Positions 1 to 11,506 of a DNA stretch of 64,000 bases are shown here, in pieces. Under the pieces are notes generated by a model. That model was not told where the DNA came from. It did no database searches and worked only from the letters and a program-made list of their open reading frames with translations. Both the position numbers and the translations under genes were made by a program. Source of the DNA: Vitrella brassicaformis CCMP3155 (lineage: Eukaryota; Protista; Chromerida); contig CDMY01000240.1 in the NCBI GenBank assembly GCA_001179505.1, forward strand, positions 1-64,000, written 5' to 3'. How positions within the stretch are numbered: the stretch's first letter is position 1; every line of letters begins with the position of its first letter.

Positions 1-510
1 GGAGAGGACAAGGAAAGACAAGGAAAGCATTCTGAGGAGACACGATCTTATCAGCCATCACCGAAGTGAGATCTGTGTTGACCACCCTTCATGATGCCAT
101 ACATGGACAGAAACAACTTTGACTGATTGGCCAGTCCATCGGTCTTATTAAAGTAAAAGCTCTTTGGGACTTACCGCCCAGCAGATCCTCTATTCAGCTA
201 ACTACAGGAAAGGTCCTTACCGGCCTTTTCGCACACATCAGTCGTGATCTGATTCGCACCTCAGTCTTCAGCACCTTTCAGCTCGCAGGAGGAGATGCGA
301 TCCTTTCCCTGCGTCTTTCTCCATCTGTTTCAATCACATACGGCTTGTCTGAAGCACCCGGATCTCGCTTATCCATCACCATTTCCGCAGCGAGTAACCG
401 CTGCGTCTTTTCTCATCCGTCGCCACGTCAGTCACCCTCATCATTGGATTCGTGCAGCCAAACGCGCAATGTGTGCCGAACCGACTGCAGCTGCTGCGCC
501 AGATCAGCTG

Positions 511-1510
511 ATGGCATCGAGTCAATCAGCATCACGGCCGAATGAGGCGGCGGGTAGGGAGGGGAGAGGACGGAACAGGCGGCGTCAGCGACACAACGAC
601 AGCCACGACGTGCAGCTATCGAGGAGTCTGTCGATGGTGCTGCGGCACAAGGCGGCCGACTTTGGCCTTAATGTTCGGCCTGATGGGTTTGTTCGAGTGG
701 ACGACCTCATGCGGCTGAGTCGATTCACCGACTACTCGGTGCAGCAGCTCCACAGCGTGGTCGAGAATAACGACAAACAACGCTTCTCTCTGTGGACGGA
801 CGACGAGGGAACAGAATGGTCGGTGACCACGCGCACTCACAATGGCAGGCAGGCAGGCAGGCGGGCAACATGCCTCATTTGTGTGATCTTCTTTTTGTAC
901 TTCTTGTGTCAGGATAAGGGCGAATCAGGGCCACTCAGCGGGTGTCAACGTCTCAGCCGACGAGCTGTATGAGCGTATCGAGAGCGCAGAGGACATCCCC
1001 GTGTGTGTCCATGGCACGAGCGAGGGGGCGTGGGAGGCCATCAGGCGTCAGGGGCTCAAGAAGATGGGCAGGCAGCACATCCACTTCGCGCCTGGGTAAG
1101 GATCGGGTAACTCTCTCCGTCTGTCTGCCTGCCTGCCTGCCATTGTCCCATTTCTCTCTCTGTGTGTGTCGTTGTGTGCTGTTGTCAGTCTGCCAGGCGA
1201 GAGCGGTGTGATATCTGGGATGCGGTACTCGTGTTCGGTCTTCATTTACCTGGATGTGGCCAAGGCAATGGAGAGGGGCGTGGTGCTCTACCGATCGGCC
1301 AACAATGTCATCCTCACGGAGGGCCTCGACGGCACCATCCCGCCCAACCTCTTCGCCTCGGTCAGCCACGCTGACGGCAGGACGCTGTGGCCTGGCAACG
1401 GGCAGCAGCCGCAGGCAGACGTCCCACAAGCAGCTGACGAAGCCGCAGCACGGGAGATGCGGGCGAGGAGGGAGAGGGAGGGAGGGGTGATGGCGGCAAC
1501 AGCAAAGTAG
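511..1510 (+). CDS. TPT1: tRNA 2'-phosphotransferase (Tpt1/KptA family), 3 exons (511-818, 913-1095, 1189-1510)
   Basis: The spliced product carries the Tpt1 motifs LSRSLSMVLRH, DGFV, NDKQRF, IRANQGHS, HGT, GLKKMGRQHIHFA, GVISGMR and RSANNVILTEG. GT-AG introns 819-912 and 1096-1188 keep the frame. An alternative upstream ATG lies at 469. Confidence 0.93.
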
Positions 1511-1517
1511 AGAGCCA

Positions 1518-1775
1518 GGAGGGGAGTGTGAAGCGACAGAGGAGGTGGCGGAATACCTGACAGAGGCTGTGACCTTGTGTAACAATCCATGCGTTGTTTG
1601 CTCTGCTTTGCTTCGATGGAAACATGTATGTGTGAGTATATATATGTGCGTATGTGTGATTGATCGACCGTTGGAATGACTGACAGAGCGACTGATTGTT
1701 TGTCTGAATGTCTGTGTGCAATTGACTCGCTGCCGTTGCTTGTGCTTCTCTCTCTCGCGTGACTGATTGACTGAG
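1518..1775. repeat. TPT1 3'-flank sequence, copy 1 of a dispersed direct repeat (copy 2 at 6485-6685)
   Basis: Shared blocks gagtgtgaagcgac.gaggaggtgg.ggaat, gatcgacc.ttg.aatgac.gacagagc.actgattgtttgtc and tgactcgctgccgtt. Confidence 0.8.
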
Positions 1776-1783
1776 TGTGAGGG

Positions 1784-2525
1784 ATGGAGGAGCCCGAGCT
1801 GCAGGGCAACAGACTCAAGCGCAAGCACTCACGAGGCAGCCACAGCTCACATCGCAACAAGAAAAACAAGAAAGACCGGTAGAACCTCTGCAGACACACA
1901 CACAATGTCACCATTCTTCGTTCACTGCCTTTGTTTTGTTTTGTTTCGTTCAGAGACGCGTCGAGCAGCGGCCAGGAGGACAAGCAGCGATCAGACGACG
2001 AGAACCACGACAGAGAGAGCGCCGTCATGCTCTCGAGGCTGCGCTGCCAACTCATACCGGTGCACACACACTCTCAATGAGCATCCGTTGTGAGTGTGTG
2101 TGAATGTGGATGTGTGTGTCTCAGGTGAAGGAGGAGGGCGAGCAAGGAACCGACAAGGAGGACGATGGTGACCAAGACAACGACAATGAGGACGAGGCCG
2201 GCCGCCAGCACGACAGCACCTCGGGCCGATGGATGCAGCTGCTGGCCATGCTGCAAGAGGAGCAGAGACTCGAGGTCGGTCGCTGTGTGTGTGCATCGAT
2301 TTGTGGGCCTCAGGTGTGTCTGTCGTCAGTCTGCTGCTGCTGGTGCGTCTCGCGCTGCTGGCAACACGTCGGAGGCCGCTGCTGCTGCGGCGGCGGCCGA
2401 CCAGAGCAACAAACGGGTCAGCCAAGCCAGGAAGGAATATGGGCGATGGATGGATGGATGGACTTGTGTGTGTGCAGGATGGATCGATGATCGAGAAATG
2501 CTCCATCCTGTCGTTCTTCAAGTGA
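1784..2525 (+). CDS. Hypothetical low-complexity, charged protein, about 5 exons
   Basis: MEEPELQGNRLKRKHSRGSHSSHRNKKNKKDR, then exons bounded by GT/AG (RDASSSGQEDK..., VKEEGEQGTDKEDDGDQD..., SAAAGASRAAG..., DGSMIEKCSILSFFK*). No recognisable domain. Confidence 0.45.
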
Positions 2526-2775
2526 CTCGACCATACATCGACAGACAAAAATGGTGGCATTCGTGTGCAATCGAAGGCTACTCAGACCATTTGTGGCACA
2601 GAAACCATTCGCTGGGTCTGCGTGTACAATGCTTTGGTTCGGTTTGACTGGACCAATTCCCTACGGACACATAAACGTCTTTGACACAGAAACCCAGTAC
2701 TCCATCCATACACGCGTCAGTCAGTCATTCTCCTCTGTGGCACACACACGCCGATCGCCAGCCAGCCAGCACCCC

Positions 2776-3882
2776 TCACCCCACCACCCTCCCCCTGTCG
2801 ATGACGGCACTCCCGAGCTCGAATGGCCGCAGCAGACGGCGGGCGGCACCAACCGACACAGAGTAGCGCTGGGCGAGCGGCTGGGACCGATCGGCAGCAG
2901 ATGGCTCGGTCGTGTGCAGACTGATCGAGCCATATCCCCCCGTCTCAACCGACACGTGGGCGGCGACGGTCTCGTTGGGCCGAAAGCAGCTCACAATCAC
3001 ACGACGATTGTCCCTCGGATACGCAGAACCCAGATTGCCCCCGTCGTAGCGCCAGTCGGCAGTAATGCCCTGATCCTCTGTCATGTTGTCGGTCGTCAGC
3101 AGACGGCGATGACGAGCGTCGTCACCATAGCCGATGCCTGCCGACAGCACCCGCCTCTCGCTCACCCAATCTTCATCGTACCACCAGCTGAGCAGCATGT
3201 CGAGCAGGAAGGCCGAGAATGAGCGCACGAGATAGTTGCTCCAGCGGATGACGGGATCGGTCCGCTTGTAGCCCTCAGCATAGCGATGGCCGCCCGGCAG
3301 ATCACCCAACGGCACCACACGAAACGTCCAACCGCCAATCCGATAGTGGCCGTTGTCGGCTCGGCGCAGCTCCAGGCTGGTCCCTTTGTGTGTGAGCTGG
3401 TGGCCGATGATCTTGTAGATGGCCATCGCCAGGGGCAGCTGGTGGAAGGCCGTTGCTGTGGGCAGCGAGGAAGCCGACAGCCGGAGGGGCCGCGTGGCGT
3501 CAGCAGGGGTTAGCCGATAGATGAAGGCCAGCCGAAGGAACCGCCCCATTGCCCGCCACTCCTCGCCACTGCCCCGCTTCAGCAGATAGACCACCTTCAG
3601 GCCGCCCTCCAGATCATCGTCAATGTCGAAGGCCAACACGTCCGCCAGGCCGAGACGACTGATGTGCTCATCCACGCGGCGCCTCACCTCATAGAGCATC
3701 GTGTCGACATCATAAGGATCGCTGTTGCTGATCTGTGAGCGAAAAGCGGCTCGTCTGTTGGGGTCAGTGGACATGGCCATGCCGGCCATCTTTCTGATTG
3801 CGATGCTGCGCAGTGGTGGGACTGCCGGCGGGGCGGTGTGGCCATTGGGAGGGGGAGGCGGAGGCTGGGAAGAGGACGCCAT
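2776..3882 (-). CDS. Family A, subtype A1, hypothetical protein (368 aa, intronless)
   Basis: Intact ORF sharing LADVLAFDI..D.E.GLKVVYLL.RGSGEEW, FRVVPLG.LPGGH.YAEGYKRTDPVI, SFSAFLL, NETVAAH and TTEPSAADR..VIDRG.VVG with 8 other copies in the window. Confidence 0.8.
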   Translation of the reverse strand: MASSSQPPPPPPNGHTAPPAVPPLRSIAIRKMAGMAMSTDPNRRAAFRSQISNSDPYDVDTMLYEVRRRVDEHISRLGLADVLAFDIDDDLEGGLKVVYLLKRGSGEEWRAMGRFLRLAFIYRLTPADATRPLRLSASSLPTATAFHQLPLAMAIYKIIGHQLTHKGTSLELRRADNGHYRIGGWTFRVVPLGDLPGGHRYAEGYKRTDPVIRWSNYLVRSFSAFLLDMLLSWWYDEDWVSERRVLSAGIGYGDDARHRRLLTTDNMTEDQGITADWRYDGGNLGSAYPRDNRRVIVSCFRPNETVAAHVSVETGGYGSISLHTTEPSAADRSQPLAQRYSVSVGAARRLLRPFELGSAVIDRGRVVG

Positions 3883-4219
3883 CAGTCAGTCAACTGATCT
3901 GAATCAATGACACACACAAAGTGGCAATCAGTGCTCCCGAGATGAGTGTGCGTCTGTGTGCTAACCTCAAAACACTTGGCTATGAACAAATCTCTCTCAG
4001 CAGCCCAACACCATATGGGTGGGCGATGATTGACTCTGCAGGGACACACACGCAGCGTGGCAAGCCCGTGTGCTCACGAGCATCGGTCAAAATCAGTCAA
4101 TATCACAGCGAGGGAATCGGACGAGCCACCTACCGTCAGCAATGGCCTCCAGCGGCCCAAATGAAGCAATGGTGTGGCTATGTGGCCGTCGTCGTCAGCG
4201 AGCCCAACGAGGCACTGTG

Positions 4220-4580
4220 GGAGATCTGCAGGCACACAAAACACCGAAGCACAAGCTGATTGAATTTTTCAACGCTTCATCTGCCTCTCTCGCTGCCACC
4301 TTACCCTCTCTAAGCGTCTTGAGAGCTCCAGAGGCCTTTTGGCGCTTATTGCCGACCTGCGAGCTTTGGCTTTACGTCATCTTTTTTCGGTATTCTTGAC
4401 AACAGGGCCGCGTAGAGTGTCGGGAAGATGCCCAAAGAGCCGCTGTGATGACATCGATCAACACAGATGTGGCCGTCATCTGTCTGAGTGACGCCGATCT
4501 ATCGCATTGAGGTGAGGGAGGGGACGCAGGAGGGCCTGATGACATCAGCAATGATAGCCTGTGTGGTTTCTGTGTGTTTG
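4220..4580. repeat. Conserved spacer element between divergent gene pairs (other copies about 7740-7830, 9330-9500, 12910-13270, 50830-51180 inverted, 61570-61940)
   Basis: Recurrent blocks gagatctgcag.cacaca..aca, gcttcatctg.ctctctcgctgcc, gagccgctgtgatgacatcgatca..cagatgtggc, cgcattgaggtgag and gggcctgatgac..cagcaatga.agcctgtgtgg. Confidence 0.8.
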
Positions 4581-4664
4581 CGGCAGATTTGACGCCTTTG
4601 GGTATCGTTGTGCGGTTGAGGGAGAGAGGAGGAGAGCGCTCTGTCGTTGGTATCGGAGACCATC

Positions 4665-6169
4665 ATGGGCTGCAGTGCGACCAAGGTACGGGAAGGAAAG
4701 ACAGCCGCTCGGATGTTGACAGATCGATGAAGCGCCACAAATCCATTCACTGATATGATGTCCGTGATGTGTCTGTCGCGGATGTGCAGATCACGTCGGC
4801 TGCTGCTGAAGGAGGTGGTGGTGGCTCCATAGCTGACGAGCCGTCCTCGTCGGCTGCGTCTGCCGCCAATGGTAACCAACAAGTTCGCTCGAGAAAGGCA
4901 CGACAATGCCGGCACACAGCTGTCTGTCTGTTTATGTGGCGTTTTGCAGGTGCGGTCAGTGCATCGTCGGCGAACCACCACCAGCAACAGCAGCATGATC
5001 GCCTTATCAGTGCCGCTGACGTGCCGCAACACCTCGCCCCGACGGTCGCCGAGTACGTCAGGAGTTACTCACAGCTGGAGGCCCTCATCGACGCCCATCC
5101 CACCCTCCGCACTCCCTCCCTGCTGCTGCCGATCCTCATACGACTGCTGCCCGTAGTGGTGGACGTGCCAGTGCCCCAGCTGGCCCTGGACGTGGCTGCT
5201 CCGGCGACCTCCCCTCATGGCAGCGCCCTCTCCCGATTTCTCCTGCCGCTCGTGATGCGTTCGCTGGGGGTGCTGCTGCCTACTGTCGGCCTCGGCTCAT
5301 TCCTGATGCGCATAATCCCCCAATTGCCGCTCCCTCGATCACTCAGCCACGGCTGCCGCATGGCAATCGCCATCGAGCAGCTGACCCGCCGGCTGAAGAG
5401 GCTCGAGAGGGGCGGCGATTGGGCCAGATGGCGGCCTCACCTGGAGATGCTGTACCTGCTGCAAGGCAGGAGGCCTGTGGTGCTGGGTGACGAGAGCTTC
5501 GGTGTGTTCGGCAGCCGGGCGGCCTTCGTGATTGAGACAGAGGCGGTCCGGCAGTGGAAGATACTCAGCCGGGGCGTCACTGTCACTGATCATGATGGCC
5601 GGCACAGACAGGTGATGGACGGCGACAAGGTGCGCTGCTACAGCTTCAGCCTCAGGCACTGGGGCTATAGCCTTCCCACCCTCCTCCCCTCTGCCAGCCC
5701 CCTCTTCCCTCACGTACCATTTGACCCCGCCGACCCGCCCACAGAGCGAGACGGCTTGACATACCGCAGCTACACCTCAATAATGGCCTTCGTCCTGTTC
5801 TGCTGGCTCAGGTGTGGGGGCCACCTCCCTTGCATCAGATCCTGGATTTCTTGGCGTCGTGACTCTGCTGCATCCCGGCGTGTGAGGGAGCTGCTGGCGG
5901 CCTCTCCCAGCGATGCGGCACAGTGGGGGGCGGGGGCGACCGTATTCGACAGGAAGGATGGGTATGAACGGCATTATCGTTTGGTGGTGCTGGGCAGTGA
6001 GGCGGTGGGCGAGGGGCACATGGCGGTCATTTGGCTGAGCGATCGGGAGGGTCATTCTAAGGATGTCATCATACATTCAACCGAGCCGGCCCCCCACGAC
6101 CGCACACGCGATATCGTGATGAGAGGTCTGGGGCCCCACCTGGGGGGCATCGCGTGGTGGGAGGAGTGA
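4665..6169 (+). CDS. Family B hypothetical protein, copy 1 (F-box-like N-terminal segment; putative MGC myristoylation exon)
   Basis: Exon 1 4665-4685 (MGCSATK|gtacgg), intron to gtgcag 4789, in-frame 78-nt intron 4872-4949, then the long ORF with VPQHLAPTVAEYVRSYSQL, LERGGDWARWRPHLEMLYLL, EAVRQWKILSR and RLVVLGSEAVGEGHMAVIWL. Confidence 0.75.
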
Positions 6170-6484
6170 GAATGCTGAATGGATGGTAGCAGCAAGACGA
6201 TAGATTGTGGTATGTCCTGCCAGTCAGTGCATGAGGGTCTCGGCCACCACTGAGCAGATTGTCGATCATCGTTTTCAAGCAGCAGACCGACACAGACAGA
6301 CAGACAGACAGACAGACAACGGGTTGTTGCCCATCCTTCTATCCATCCATCCATCCTGTGGTATGTCTGTCTGTCTGTCTGTCTGTGTGTGTGTGTGTGT
6401 GTGCATTATGGGGGACGGGATGACGTGTGTGTGACTGACCACCAGGCGTCCTGTGAAGGGTTGCGTTGATTGTGAATGAATGCT

Positions 6485-6685
6485 GGAGGGGAGGTGAGTG
6501 TGAAGCGACTGAGGAGGTGGAGGAATGACAAATGTGACGATGTGTATGTGTGTGTGTGAATTTGTTTGTGATCGATCGACCATTGCAATGACGGACAGAG
6601 CAACTGATTGTTTGTCCGTCTGAATGTCTCTCTGACTCGCTGCCGTTCACGTTGCCTGCGCTTCTCTCTTGGTGATCGATGAGTG
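6485..6685. repeat. Copy 2 of the TPT1 3'-flank repeat
   Basis: Aligns by eye with 1518-1775 in the same orientation. Confidence 0.8.
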
Positions 6686-7159
6686 AGTTTGTTCAAGTGA
6701 CTTCAATCGACAAAAAAAAGCTGGCTTCTAGTCACCGAAGTGCATAGATACCGAGAAGATCCCACAACGAGATGAAGGCAGAAAGCCCGTCACGCCACTG
6801 CACTCATCCACAGTGAGAGAGGAGAGAGAGATACCGATGAAATATACACTAGCAGATAGACAACAGACGTACCTATCGCTTCATGATCATGATGACAACT
6901 ACGGACAGGCCGTGTGCGGTGTGGTTGTGTAGTCTGTGTGTATGTATTTTGTTCTACGTAGAACAATGACTATGTGTTCTGGTTTGCTGAACGAGGGGAC
7001 GCACAGACGGACAGACAGAGAGACAAATAGACAGACAGAAAGGGACCGTGACTGTCAGCCAGCCTCCATGCGTCTGTGGGTCTGTGGGTCTGTCTGTGTC
7101 TGTCTGAGCTTTGCTTTGGTTTGGTGTGACTGATCCACTTCCCCACGGACACAAAAGCA

Positions 7160-7341
7160 TCGCTGGCTACCTGTGGGTGGGGAATGGCGAAATCAGCCTG
7201 TGGACGATCGAGTCCCCTGCTGCCGATCGGTCTCATCCGCTCGCTGTCCGCTATCCAGTGTCGGTTGGTGCCGTCCGCCGTCTGCTGCGGCCATTCGGTC
7301 TCGAGCGTGACGTCATCGACAGGGGGACGGTGGTGGGGTGA
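7160..7341 (+). pseudogene. Orphan family A C-terminal fragment
   Basis: IAGYLWVGNGEISLWTIESPAADRSHPLAVRYPVSVGAVRRLLRPFGLERDVIDRGTVVG* with no upstream family sequence. Its downstream flank 7345-7620 matches 49310-49560 inverted. Confidence 0.8.
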
Positions 7342-8125
7342 GGGGTGGTGACCTGATAGGTGTTCCGGCATGTCGACCGACCAGAGCGTTTTAACGCGCC
7401 AAACGGACTGCCTCTTTTCTGATGAGAGTCGGCTCTGCCTCGCGTCGGTCGTGCCAGCATGAATGAATCAATGTCTCACTCGTTGTTATGGGACACTTTT
7501 GACTGCACATTAGTGAGTGAATGAATGGATCAGTGCAGATGACCCTCGACTCGTCTGATGGTCACATCGATCAACAAACGTCCTCGACCGTCACCGCCCC
7601 CTTCTTTCTTCCTTCCTCACTCATCCCTGAAGATCTGTCTCCGAATTTGGTGACGGCAGGGCCGTGTGGAGTGTCTGACGGATGCTCAAGGAGCTGCTGT
7701 TATGCTCTCGATCCGCACACGTGCTGCCATCTCATCTGAGTGAGGCGGATCTGACAAGTTGAGTTGATGTAGGGCGGGCAGGAGGGCCTGATGACGTCAG
7801 CAATGATAGCCTCTGTGGTCTCTGGTGTGTTGGTGCATTGGTTTGGTTCGTTTGCACACAGAAAGTCATTCGCCATGCATATGAATCAATGCTTGTTCAT
7901 TCTCGCAGTCGGTGAGTCAGCGAAAGGCATACATACCACGCTGTTCAGTCAGTCACATAAACTTACATAGAGAATGATCGATGCTCAAGGAACCAGCGAC
8001 TCGATTGACAACAAAGACTGACGTACAGAGCAGGGGGGGAAGAGCCCAACTAGGCTATGTAATGTACATACACCCATCCACCATCCCCACCCACGCAGCC
8101 TCTTCACACATGCATCTGCAACTAA

Positions 8126-8901
8126 CTACCTTGGGCTGCCCACAGCGGCGACGCGCTGACGCAGCCCATCCCCTTCGGCTGGATTGCCCGCCTGCTGCGG
8201 CATTCCTTCAACAGGAGGACCCTCAATTTGCGTCAGGACAGTGTCACATGATAAAGGTGAGCCTCTGGCGGGTGGTGAGACATTCCCTGAGAAAAGAAGA
8301 AACGACCTCACACAGTCTCAGTTGGAGATATGCCTGCCTGCCTGCCTGCCTGCCGCCCGCGTCGCTCACCACCATTGGACGCCTGGTTCACAGCAGGCCC
8401 GACCATCTGATGGCTGGTATTTGCGCTCGTCTGTTCCTCCGCAGCCCCTCCAGGCTGCGGACCGGCTTCTTGAATGCGTTTGCGCAGCTCCTCTCGCGCC
8501 TTTCTCAGCAAGCCCTCCAAGAACCGGCAGCGTTCGATAGCCTCATCGACATCGATCTCGCACTCCAGAAAGTTCATCTGGCGGCGATGGTCGTTGGGGT
8601 CTGCATCCAAGCGCTCCTTGGCGAGTTGCTTGCATCCGGACAGCTGCCCGATGTGCTGGCCAGACCAGCTGGTGAGGGATTTCAGTTCGTTGACCGTCCG
8701 CTCCGCCTCCTCGCGCGTCGCCCAGCGGGTGAGCTCCTTGTACCTCTCATGTCGGACAACCGCTGAGTTGACCCAGCCAGGCGTCCAGGACGGACAGTGG
8801 TCGAGCAGCCAGGTGTACAGCCGGATGCGGAAGACGCCAAACAAGCCGACGGCGCACGCCACGAGGGCCGCCACCGACACAAGCCCGAAGAACCACGACA
8901 T
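8126..8901 (-). CDS. Hypothetical protein with N-terminal signal anchor/TM and coiled coil, 2 exons
   Basis: MSWFFGLVSVAALVACAVGLFGVFRIRLY (hydrophobic) followed by a charged helical region. A putative intron (gtgagc...ttttctcag) leads to GNVSPPARG...VGSPR*. Confidence 0.5.
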
Positions 8902-9581
8902 TTCTCCGGAGGGCAACTGGGAATCAGACGAACTGCACGTGGAGGGCCGGACGGCAGCCCGTCACCAGGACTCTGCAGACACACAACAGCACAGATGCGG
9001 TGTGTACAAGTGCTATCATATTATGCAGCACCACACAGGCTCACCGAGGCCGTCGCAAAAGCGGCGGAAGTCGTCACCTCTCAGCGAGAAGGGTGCGAAA
9101 AGGGTGAGCGATAGATCTGCAGGCAAACGTGCACAAACCACAAGGCACCAGCAATTTGAAGCGCTTCGTTGATTTTGCCTCTCTGCCTATCCTCTTACCC
9201 TCCAATGAGGGGACGGGCTTCGTAGCAGCGGTTTCAGGAAGCACCCTTTCAAGATCTGCGAGCTTTTCATGAGTTCCTCGTCGGGTTTCACAGCGGGTGG
9301 GCGTAATGCACAAGGGCCTACTGTGATGCCATCGATCTGCATGCACCGTCCGAGTGGCGCTGATCTAATGCTGCGAGGTGCCCTCATCCCTGCGACGCCG
9401 TTCGGACGCTCTGAGGTGAGAGAAGGGCAACCAGGAGGGCCTGATGACACCAGCAATGACATCCCTGTGTGGTTCCTCTGTGTGATTGTGGCAGATCTGT
9501 GACTCACTAAGGGCTTCTTCCGTCGGCATGTTAACCGATGTGCGGCGATGGCTGAAGGGCTTATTCGCGGTGAGCCAGGCG

Positions 9582-10757
9582 ATGGGAGCAGCCTACAGTG
9601 AAACGGTCTGTCTGTGTTGATGTTGACTGCAGACATCGTCTGACGCATCAGCCACTGTCTTTGCCGCTGACGTGCCGCAAGATGTCGCCCCGACGGTTGC
9701 CGAGTACGTCAGGAGTTACTCACAGCTGGAGGCCCTCATCGACGCCCATCCCACCCAGTTCACCGCCGCCGTCCTGCTGCCCATCCTCAAGCGGCGGCTG
9801 TCCGTCGTGGTGGCCTCGATCTTTGGTGGCCTGGTGGAGGTGCCCCTACCTCAGCTGACTCAGAGTGTGTCCATCATTGTGGCCATCACACGTCGGCTCT
9901 TCATCCTCGAGAGGGGCGGCGATTGGGCCAGATGGCGGCCAGTGCTGGAGATGCTGTACTTGCTGAGGGGCAATAGGCCTTTGGTGCTGGATGACGACGA
10001 CTTCGGTGTCTGCGGCAGCCGGGCGGCCTTCATCGGCGAGACCGAGGCCGTCCGGCAGTGGAAGATACTCAGCCGGGGGGTCCCTGTCAGTTTTCGAGGC
10101 CAAATGATACGACTGATGGGCGCCAACATGATTTTCCGCCGCGGCGCCAACACGAGCCAGTATCTCCTCACCCCTCTGGACGGACCGAGCCCCCTCTTCC
10201 CTAATGTATTCGATCCAGCCAATCCGCCCACTCAGCTGAGAGACTGGACGAGCCCCAGCTACACATCGATGGTGGCCTTCGTCCTTTTCAGCTGGCTTCG
10301 TAACGGCGACCACATCCCTTGCATCAAGTTCTGGTTGTCTTGGCGTCCTGCCTCTGCTGCCTCTCGGCGTGTGAAAGGGCTGCTGGCGGCTTCTCCCAGC
10401 AAAGTGGCACAGAGGGGGGCGGGGGCGTTCGTGTTCGACGAAAAGTTCTCTGCCCGGGTGGTACGACAGGGAGATCCATCATCGGTGCCGGACGGGAAGA
10501 TAGAGAGCCGTCATCGGCGGCTGGTGGTGCTGGGCAGTGGGGCGATGGGTGAGGGGCACATGGCGGTCATTTGGCTGAGCGATCGGGAGGGTTATTATTT
10601 TCGTGATGTCTCCATCTACTCAACCGAGCCGGCCCCCCACGACAAGACGCGCACTGTCGTGATGAGAGTGTTGGGGGATCAGCTGGGGGGCAAAGTGTGG
10701 CGGGAGGAGAGGGAGACGGACGAGGCCAGGGAAGCTACGGCGTGCGCTGTGATGTGA
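9582..10757 (+). CDS. Family B hypothetical protein, copy 2
   Basis: The ORF from 9633/9672 has VPQDVAPTVAEYVRSYSQL, ILERGGDWARWRPVLEMLYLL and RLVVLGSGAMGEGHMAVIWL. Putative exon 1 MGAAYSET (9582-9605) is followed by a 27-nt GT-AG intron; the start is uncertain. Confidence 0.75.
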
Positions 10758-11506
10758 TCGGGGGCTCTGCTGTAAGTGTGTCGATTGTCCATCCAGGACA
10801 GACAGCTTGGCGGTCAATGAGAGGGGAGACAGACAGACAGACAGACAGACAGCCGGGCAAGGGGTTTTTGCTCTCTGCCCATCTGCTTGCATGGGCCTCT
10901 CTGTGCGTTCCCCTGGCTGCATCCTGCGAATGTCTGTCTGTCTGTCTGTCTGTCTGGAGCACTTGAGTGAATGAGCCCCATGTCACTTGATGGGAAAGAT
11001 GAAGGACAGTGGTTATGCTGGCTGATAGGTCCATATGTCAGTCAGACCTACACACACAGATGGACAAACGCACCCATAGACTCACTCGCGCGCACACACA
11101 CAGACACGTCTCATGACAGACACACGGCATCCATCGAGTAGGTCCCTCGTCTGTCAGTCAGACCCTCATCAACACAGCAGCCGACGGCGTCGTCCGGTGA
11201 CGTCCTGTGATCATGTTCATCAGTGTGTGTGTCGAGCCGCCCGGCCGTGCACACCAAACCTGCCACCCACCGAAACAGTTGACGTGTCGCTCATGGATTG
11301 TGTGGTTCATTCAGTCGTGCAGTCAGTGAGTCTGACAGAAATGAGTTAAACCCTCGCCCATCCGTCCCGACCACAATGCAAACAGAGCACATAAGCCATG
11401 CAGACGCACTCAGTTCCCCTCCACTAATTCTCGCCAGTCAGACAGGCAGACCCTCTCCACCAGTTAAATGCACCACCAACACCTAGTAGCCGACAGCCAG
11501 CACCCC

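Noticed and set aside
3180-3270. DPVI...SFSAFLL resembles the C-terminus of SMI1/KNR4 (SUKH) immunity domains
   Set aside because: Only a short motif; the other SUKH elements are not recognisable. It would need an HHpred hit.
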